From the NCBI GenBank assembly GCA_951406725.2, contig OX597821.1, forward strand, positions 100,502,001-100,566,000: a stretch of 64,000 nt of DNA, written 5' to 3'. Both the position numbers and the translations under genes were made by a program. This document shows, in pieces, positions 55,900 to 64,000 of the stretch. This DNA comes from Octopus vulgaris (Eukaryota). Positions within the stretch are counted from its first letter, which is position 1, and each line of letters opens with the position of its first letter. The notes beneath the pieces are model-generated. The model searched no databases. It saw only the letters and a list, made by a program, of their open reading frames with translations, and was not told where the DNA came from.

Positions 55900-56320
55900 T
55901 CAAGTTGCTAGAAGTAGCAGCTAAGTCTTCTTCAATTCACAGGCTATCGTCTTAAAAAGAAAAACAACTGGATAATGGAAACTTGAGTTCCCTGCATATG
56001 AGAAAAAGATGAAATGGTCATGACAGGAGAGCTATTGATCATTGTCGCCTGTCAAAATTATCTGATCTGAGGTTAAACAATAATAACTGCAATTCCTGTC
56101 ACAATCAATGTGCCTCAATATGGTCGTACGCGTGCTAGAAATAACAGCTAAACCTCCCTCAACCTACACAATGTCGTTTAATAAAGGCACACATCGGAGT
56201 CCAAGGTGCACTATTACAGAAGAAAAGATAAGGGTGTAGTTACAGTTGGACGACGGCTTTTTGACCATATGTCGGTCTACCCTATCAGACCTGACCCTGG
56301 GGCTAAACAAATACAATATT
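55900..56320 (+). repeat. two tandem copies of an unclassified old interspersed repeat
   Basis: GCTAGAA.TA.CAGCTAA..CT..TCAA..CAC..TGATCTGAGGTTAAACAA / TGACCCTGGGGCTAAACAA. Related pieces at about 40290-40460 and 49880-50030. Confidence 0.55.
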
Positions 56321-56357
56321 TACAATGACCACCGCTATACCAAATTGCTACAGCCGA

Positions 56358-56394
56358 CATCACCACCACCACCACCGCCACCATCATCATCATG

Positions 56395-56430
<36 letters not shown>

Positions 56431-56725
56431 TTCATCATCATCATCATCATCATCATTGTCATCGTCATCATCATCATTGTGATCGTCACCATCGTCATCA
56501 TCGTCTTCGTCGTCTTCGTCATCGTCATCATCAGTAGCAGCATCATCATCATTAGCAGTAGCAGCTGCATCACCATCACTATCAACATCGGCATCATCAT
56601 CATTATTCGTCATCACCATCATCATTATAATCACCATCATCGTCGTCATCATCGTCATCGTCGTCGTCGTCGCCGTCACCATCATCGTTGTCGTCGTCAT
56701 CATCATCAGCGTCATCGTCAGCGTG

Positions 56726-56763
<38 letters not shown>

Positions 56764-57545
56764 TTTTATCATCATCGTCGTCACCATATTCATCACCGTC
56801 ATTATCGCCATCATCCATCAGTACCCTGTTTACCACCATCATCTTCATGACAGCCACTTTTAAATCTCTATACACCACTATTATACTGACTACCGCCACC
56901 ATAACTACCTCCACCACCACCTTCGCCTCCACCGCCGCCACCGCCAACATTATTATTAACAGTATACCATCGGTCCCTGCACCAACATCATTGATACTAC
57001 AACTTCTACTTTCACTACGACTACCACCACCATAAACGTCTTCACCACCATCACCACCAACGGCATTACTACCACCACCATCACCACAACCACTACTACC
57101 ACCATCACTACAACGCTGCTACAATTACCGGCACCAGTACCACCACCACTACTACCACCACAACAACTACCACCACCACAACAACTACCACCAACACCAC
57201 CACCACAACTGCAACGACTACCACAACTACCACCACCACTATAGTTATTAATTCCACTAAACAACTACTCCACCACCACCTCAACGACCACCACCGCCAC
57301 AACAACCACTACCACCAACTATCACCACCACCACTACATCTGCAGCCACCCTCTTCACTATGAACACCGCCATCATCATCAATAACGTTTCAACTACCAC
57401 CACCATTTTCACCGTCGCCGTCACATTCATCATCAATATGGCTGCCACCTTTACCGACGCCGGTACCGCCACCACTACCACCACCTCTACATCAGTACCA
57501 CCGACATCACCACCACTCCACAAGTCTCATCGGCCTCACCACTAA
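56358..57545. repeat. (CAT)n/(CAC)n degenerate trinucleotide region
   Basis: Directly visible. Confidence 0.9.
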
Positions 57546-57948
57546 AACCGCTTCCCTACCATCGCCATTATCCACGCTAAACTCTCCACCACCACTCTCA
57601 CCGCCACTACAGTCAACAAATTACCAGCCCTATTAACCTTACCATCACAAAAATAATTCGTTCATAACGGCGGGAGCAGCTATAAAGTGCTTCTCTGTTT
57701 TGGTAAGAGCTATGTGTGTGTAAAACGAAGGCTGAAGACGGGAGATGGTGGAGGAAAATGGACGAAAATGGAGGAACACGGAGGTAAATGTGACAGGGAG
57801 AAAGATTTGTTTACATGACAGGAAAAACATTGCACTGAGTTGAAAGTTGATGGTATATATGTAAGTTATGTTTTGTCTGCGGGTGTCACTGTGTCTCAAC
57901 AGTGACTGTATATCTGTTTATCTGTCTATCTATCAATCAATATATCTT

Positions 57949-58036
<88 letters not shown>

Positions 58037-58038
<2 letters not shown>

Positions 58039-58143
58039 TGTTTCTTTATTAGCCACACAGGGCTGCACACAGATAGAACAAATTACAAGGTAGAGCTTTT
58101 CTTTTGAAGGTTTAAAAAAAAAAAAAATTTTTTTTTTAAAAAA
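58037..58143 (-). mobile_element. ~105-bp 3' end of the Tx1-like LINE family embedded in (GATA)n
   Basis: Nearly identical to the proximal 70 bp of 38719-38818. (GATA)n on both sides. Confidence 0.82.
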
Positions 58144-58358
58144 AGATAGATAGATAGATAGATAGATAGACAGACAGGTAGGTAGAGATATCATTATGTA
58201 TATACGTATGCATATATGTATATATATATATATATGTACAGGTACACACATACACACACATATATACTCACACACACGCACACAAGACACGTCTATGCAC
58301 TGCCTCCAGAGTAATCTAAAATGTGAATTAGTATATATTTATATCTATCTATCTATCA

Positions 58359-58469
<111 letters not shown>

Positions 58470-58486
58470 CATCTATCAATCTATAT

Positions 58487-58670
58487 ATGATAGATCGTTA
58501 GCCACTACACACATTTTTTCTCTACTTGTTTCTTTCCTTGTTTTTTCTGTGACCCTTTCTGTAGAAGAGCGTAGGCTCGAAACGTAAAATACTTTTTCTA
58601 TTCCTGAGCGTTATACTAATACATCTGTTTGTTTTGTACACCACCTGTCTTCGTCTTTTGTTTTTTTCGT

Positions 58671-58678
<8 letters not shown>
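58487..58678 (+). mobile_element. family E element with hammerhead-like motif (58555-58590)
   Basis: CTTT-CTGTAGA-A-GAGC gtag GCTC-GAAAC-GTA-AAAT. The 3' end runs into (TC)n(TA)n. Confidence 0.75.
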
Positions 58679-58749
<71 letters not shown>

Positions 58750-59040
58750 GTTTAAATATTTGTTGTGCAAAATTTTTTATGTGAAGTCGTGTGTTGAAAC
58801 AGATATTGTTATATTGGCCGAAATAAGATTAAGATTAATGTAAAAAATAAATATCACTGAAGCAAAATAACACCAAATATATAGTGCGTGTGTTTTTATT
58901 GGCTAAACTGGCAATATGACCATTCCGAAATATAACAATATATATATATCCCTCCCGTGTTATAGTCCTTTAGGATAGTTTACATTTCTCCTTCGCGTTA
59001 CCCATTTCTGTTTTGTCTTGCAGCCCTAAAACTTTTTTCA

Positions 59041-59144
<104 letters not shown>

Positions 59145-59440
59145 CATTATTATTATTATCATTATTTTAATTGTTGTTTTCGTGTGAACCAAACCCTTTC
59201 TTCTGTTTATTGTTTTGTCCCTGAAACTAGTAAAAGATAAAATATGAAACACACATACAAGAACACAGACGCACACACTCTAAGATCGTCACTCAAAATG
59301 AAGTAGCCTTACTAGGTTTCCACAAGTGCAATCGTGTACAAACGGAGACGTCTTTTTGAGCCTCTCACATTTGGCCATATTCTGAACGATGCAGAATACG
59401 ACAGCAGGATGGAGAGAGACAACTACAGGCACTGAGCTTC

Positions 59441-59511
<71 letters not shown>

Positions 59512-59727
59512 AATATCTCGGTTCCGCATTTAAGACTGGCAAAGTTGACCTCGACTGATTTTGAAGTCGTAGCCCAGTGCTCCAGCAAGATTTTTGCAGC
59601 ACACGCCCGTCGATGCTCTAACGACACTGCAACATATTTACATAGACGTATTTGTATACGAAACTTCGTAACTTTCAGTGTTGGCCCTACTTTCTATGGA
59701 AAATCTATAAAGATTACTTTAAATAGT

Positions 59728-59771
<44 letters not shown>

Positions 59772-59788
59772 TGTGTGTGTATTTAGAC

Positions 59789-59836
<48 letters not shown>

Positions 59837-59918
59837 ATATTTCGGAATGGTCATATTATTTAAACGTATATATATATACATATATATATATATAATTTAT
59901 ACATATATTTATATATAT

Positions 59919-59956
<38 letters not shown>

Positions 59957-59964
59957 ACATACAC

Positions 59965-60037
<73 letters not shown>

Positions 60038-60130
60038 TATTTACATATATAAATATATATATCTATAGGTGTGCGTACGTTTGTGTGTCTATATATATAT
60101 GTTTGTATGTGTATGTGTGGTATGTATCTG

Positions 60131-60227
<97 letters not shown>

Positions 60228-60759
60228 AAACATTTATGTTTGTGTGTATGTGTTTATTAAATAAATTCTGTCTCGTTAATAATGTTTCTATTTAAACATA
60301 GCTTTTAGCCGTCACTGAATGGATATACTAATTAAAATTAAGTAGATATATTGAATACTATGTAAATGACTGCCATGTTTATACAAATTTCACAATGGAG
60401 AGCAATAGAGATCGTCCGGACTTTAGTTTCATACGTGTTTATCTTCTCGTCAGTAGTCGTTTAGCCAACTCCTAACAGATGACTGTGAAATTACATTTAA
60501 AACCACTTATATCGGGATCTTTAAAACCAACGCGGCTATTTGGATATTTGTCATATTTTATAGAACAGTTCCATTAAACCTGGTAGACAGATATTGTCCA
60601 GTCGACCCGTCATTTTTTCCACTCAGACTCAGCAAATTAATTCAGGTAGTGCTCACGATATAGTAGCAATTTCTATATCTGGAAAAGAGTTGTAACTGCT
60701 GCTGCCCTGAGCAGACCAGCTTATATTGGATCCACATGACGGTTTGCCATTAACTCAAT

Positions 60760-60945
60760 TACTGATATCCTCCAGTCCTGGCCCGCAGACGCACCCCTCT
60801 CTCTTTTGTACCGCTACTATAATGGTCCCTGCTCCTAAGAACTGACTGATCTTATGTCAATTTCACCATTCATTTGTCCTCTTCTCCTCACCCTTGTTCT
60901 TTCCATTTCTACAGGCTTTGCTCTAACCACTATATCCAGTCCTTC
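60760..60945 (+). mobile_element. decayed CR1/Jockey-group LINE RT C-terminal fragment
   Basis: LQS(fs)LARRR..LSLLYRYYNGPCS*ELTDLM resembles the LQPL.HRR..SLFYRYY.G.CS.EL motif. Confidence 0.6.
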
Positions 60946-61419
60946 CTGCTCAGAACTGTGTCTCTCTGCAAGATCTTTGTTGATCATTTTTTTTTCCTTT
61001 TTTAGATGTCAACATACATTTCATGCGGTACATTAGCGGCATCAATTTATTAATCTTTGAACTGCTGTGAACACCACTGGAATGACCTATTCCTTCAGAC
61101 TCTGCAAATAAATGAAACAAAATCTTCTGATATGGCTTGAATAATTTAATATTTTGGGTCTTTTGCTCTTCATCTAAGTTCAAACGATAGGAAAGGCGCG
61201 AAACTTTAGAATGTTAAAATCTAAAATTGATGAAACTCTTCTACGAGTTCTTTTAAGATCTAACTGTTGCCATTACAGGTTAACCATTGCCAGTTGCCTC
61301 CCATTTCAAGATATTTTAATAAATTTACCCCATCATAAAACCTGGTACTTAAATCAATTGAGCATAGTGTGTGTGTTTATGTATGTACGTATGTATGCGT
61401 GTATGCATGTATGTATGAT

Positions 61420-61590
61420 TCAAATTTACAGAAAATAAAAGACGAAGACAGATGTAGGAAAAACAAGCAAGTGTATTAGTTTAACGCTCGCGAAGAATGG
61501 AGAAGTCTTTTACGTTTCGAGTCTACGCTCTTCGATAAAATGGATTAAGAGCAAAATTTTAAAAAAAACTGAGAGAGAATGAAAAGAAAA
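61420..61590 (-). mobile_element. diverged family E element
   Basis: AAAAGACGAAGACAG..GTATTAGT.TAACGC..AAGTCTTTTACGTTTCGAGTCTACGCTCTTC matches 19317-19514. The CUG part of the core is lost. Confidence 0.68.
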
Positions 61591-62109
61591 CGGATATTAT
61601 ATATATATATACATATATTTAGGGTGTTCGGGCTAAATTCGAAAAGCGCCTACCGCCAAAATAGCCGTCTTGCTTTTGAATTTGAGATATAGTTTTGATA
61701 TTCGGTCTCTGGATGGTAAGAGTAAAACATTTAACTCATCTCGTCCCAGGACGTATATTTCCAATTAATTGCCACATTATATTCGAAAGTTCTTGTAAAT
61801 TCTGGTTTGGCAGACATCGGCACCGATGTGGTGGACTTACAAAATAGTCACTGGTTCTTCTGGACGATAGAGGGAACTACAAACATCCATAAGTTTTTTT
61901 TAGGAAGCTGATGCCCTCTATATTCAAATTCGGAGGAGAAACCAGAAAAAAAGTCCCCCAAAACAATTTGATTAATTCCTTCGGGTTTTGAGTATTGTTC
62001 CATAAATGAGAATGAAGAAAATGATTCAAGAGACATCTAGGATAACTAACCATTTAAGACCGGATCCTGGAATACGTTTTTACTTTTCTCAGTTACTGAA
62101 CTGTGACCC

Positions 62110-62612
<503 letters not shown>

Positions 62613-63039
62613 GCTGCAATGATAAAGATAGAATACGCGTTCATTGATAATGCTGGAGCTGTTTTCAAATAAAGTCTCCCATTTTGGAAAGGAAAACCAG
62701 CAGATAAACCTTGATTACAAGGAATTAGTTTATTTCAATATTTTTGGATGTATTCTTTTGACAGAACAGATTCTGAAATGCTATAAATAATGTTTGTGTA
62801 AACATGCTAGTGATATTCTTAACTCGATTCTGATTTGATAAAACTATGTTCCAAGAAACTTGCAAATAAAAAAAGAAATTAAGAAAACACTCAAGTTGAA
62901 CGCCTTAATAAATATGAAATAAAAATGTCTATTTTTGAAATTAATTAAAATCAAGGCCGTTGTCCTAATTACATAGAAACTCAGTTCTTCAAGCTTAGAA
63001 GAAACCAGCCGTTTTGTAGTGTTTACATACCTTTTACAG

Positions 63040-63325
63040 TGATATGATAAGAATTCCTTCTTTCAGACTTTGAGATGCAATTATTGTTATTATCTTCAAG
63101 AACATCGTAGGAAATTGCAGCGGTTTCTCCTTATTGACAATCTCTCCCTAGAATTATTATAAATAGAACATCCCTTCTCTAATCCGTGTTTTCGGACTTC
63201 TTAACAAGAGCTACTGATATTATTTCTTTGAAACAACTGCTGATAAACACCAAGAAGAGAAACAAGCCCTTTATATGGCTTTACAGCTTTCGTAGATTGA
63301 ATCAAGGCCTTTGACACAGGAAATG
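63040..63325 (+). mobile_element. decayed RTE-clade reverse transcriptase fragment
   Basis: Frameshifted DAIIVIIFK..GNCSGFSLL..CFR..ATDIISLKQL..RNKP(L)YMA(F)VD*IKAFDT matches RT subdomains 1-3 (GNYRGISLL, QCGFR, FVDL.KAFD). Confidence 0.7.
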
Positions 63326-63832
63326 GAACTTCTAGATTGTGGTTAATCAAAGCAATCACTCAAGTATTCAGTAATATGGAGGAAATCGTACTAGATAATT
63401 ATGAGTAACCGAAACCTGAAGGTTTTTCTAATCAAAGCTTTCAGGTTTAGATGTTGTCTCCGTGACCTTGTCTAAACTGGCTTCCTTTCCTTTTCGTATT
63501 CTTGTTTTACTTTCTGAACTTAACTTCAGTAATAAACAAACGAATCGTTTTCGGGTTGTTAGCAGAAGAACCGCAGATGTCGGAAGGTTATCAGACAACC
63601 AACCTCTTACTGACATTGCGTTATTTTCATACAGCAAAATATGTGAAATTCAACAGTTGATCCTACCTACCTTAAAGCAGATATGCTAAGGTAGAATGAT
63701 CTCTTACAAAAGTGACCAACCATTTCGTTGTTTAATACATTTTTATACATTTTAGATTTGAAAGTAACAAAAATAATAATCATCTACCGTTAATATGACA
63801 CGTAGTCCAATACGACTAATTCCATGTTTGTA

Positions 63833-63995
63833 CCGTAAATCCTCGAGTATAGTCCGCCCTAGAGTATAATACTCAGGGGATTTTTAGGGGGCTGTACCTC
63901 AGAAAAACCTAAACCTTGTGTATAATATGCACCCCTTCTCTATCTTGAGTCAAGGAGATCTATATAACGTCCTTTGTTTGTAAAAATGTATACGG
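63833..63995. mobile_element. Tc2/pogo-like MITE with TA TSD
   Basis: TA|CCGTA...TACGG|TA ends. Subterminal GAGTATAGTCCGCCC, GAGTATAATAC and GTGTATAATATGCACCCC repeats. Confidence 0.6.
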
Positions 63996-64000
63996 TAATG

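Noticed and set aside
56277-57545. Poly-His/Asp/Met/Thr ORFs suggesting a metal-binding or mucin-like protein
   Set aside because: Degenerate (CAT)n/(CAC)n is open in several frames on both strands, with no splice or start context.
60405-60455. Hammerhead-like CTGACGA..GAAA-CTAAAG-TC on the minus strand
   Set aside because: The core words are in order but stems I and II do not pair. It may be a decayed copy but cannot be supported.
60950-61365. 77-aa minus ORF with complex sequence
   Set aside because: No recognisable motif and stops in the adjoining frames. Probably a decayed transposon, but unassignable by eye.
61690-61780. Mariner-like DE..MFYSYHPETEYQ fragment on the minus strand
   Set aside because: Too short and frameshifted to call without a search.

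Overview
Repeat-dominated, AT-rich eukaryotic non-coding DNA, most likely intronic or intergenic sequence of an octopus (inferred from the tRNA-derived SINE families and the microsatellite load; not checked by search). No intact protein-coding gene is supported, and nearly all ORFs in the track are translations of microsatellites or SINEs. The window contains about 40 copies of three tRNA-derived SINE groups (my labels A, B, C). It also has decayed LINE fragments (Tx1/L1, R4/Dong-like, CR1/Jockey-like, RTE), Tc1/mariner-superfamily remnants, minisatellites and long inverted repeats. The main unannotated signal is a set of about 10 short non-coding elements whose 3' ends usually abut (TA)n tracts and which carry minimal type-I hammerhead ribozyme motifs of the kind known from Penelope-like elements. 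One motif is essentially complete (27915-27957, minus), one has an 85-nt loop 2, and one family shares a non-canonical core. Second, a (GATA)n-associated Tx1-like LINE shares its 3' end with SINE B, and SINE B repeatedly lies inside older relatives. All folds and alignments were done by eye, and no ribozyme activity is demonstrated.
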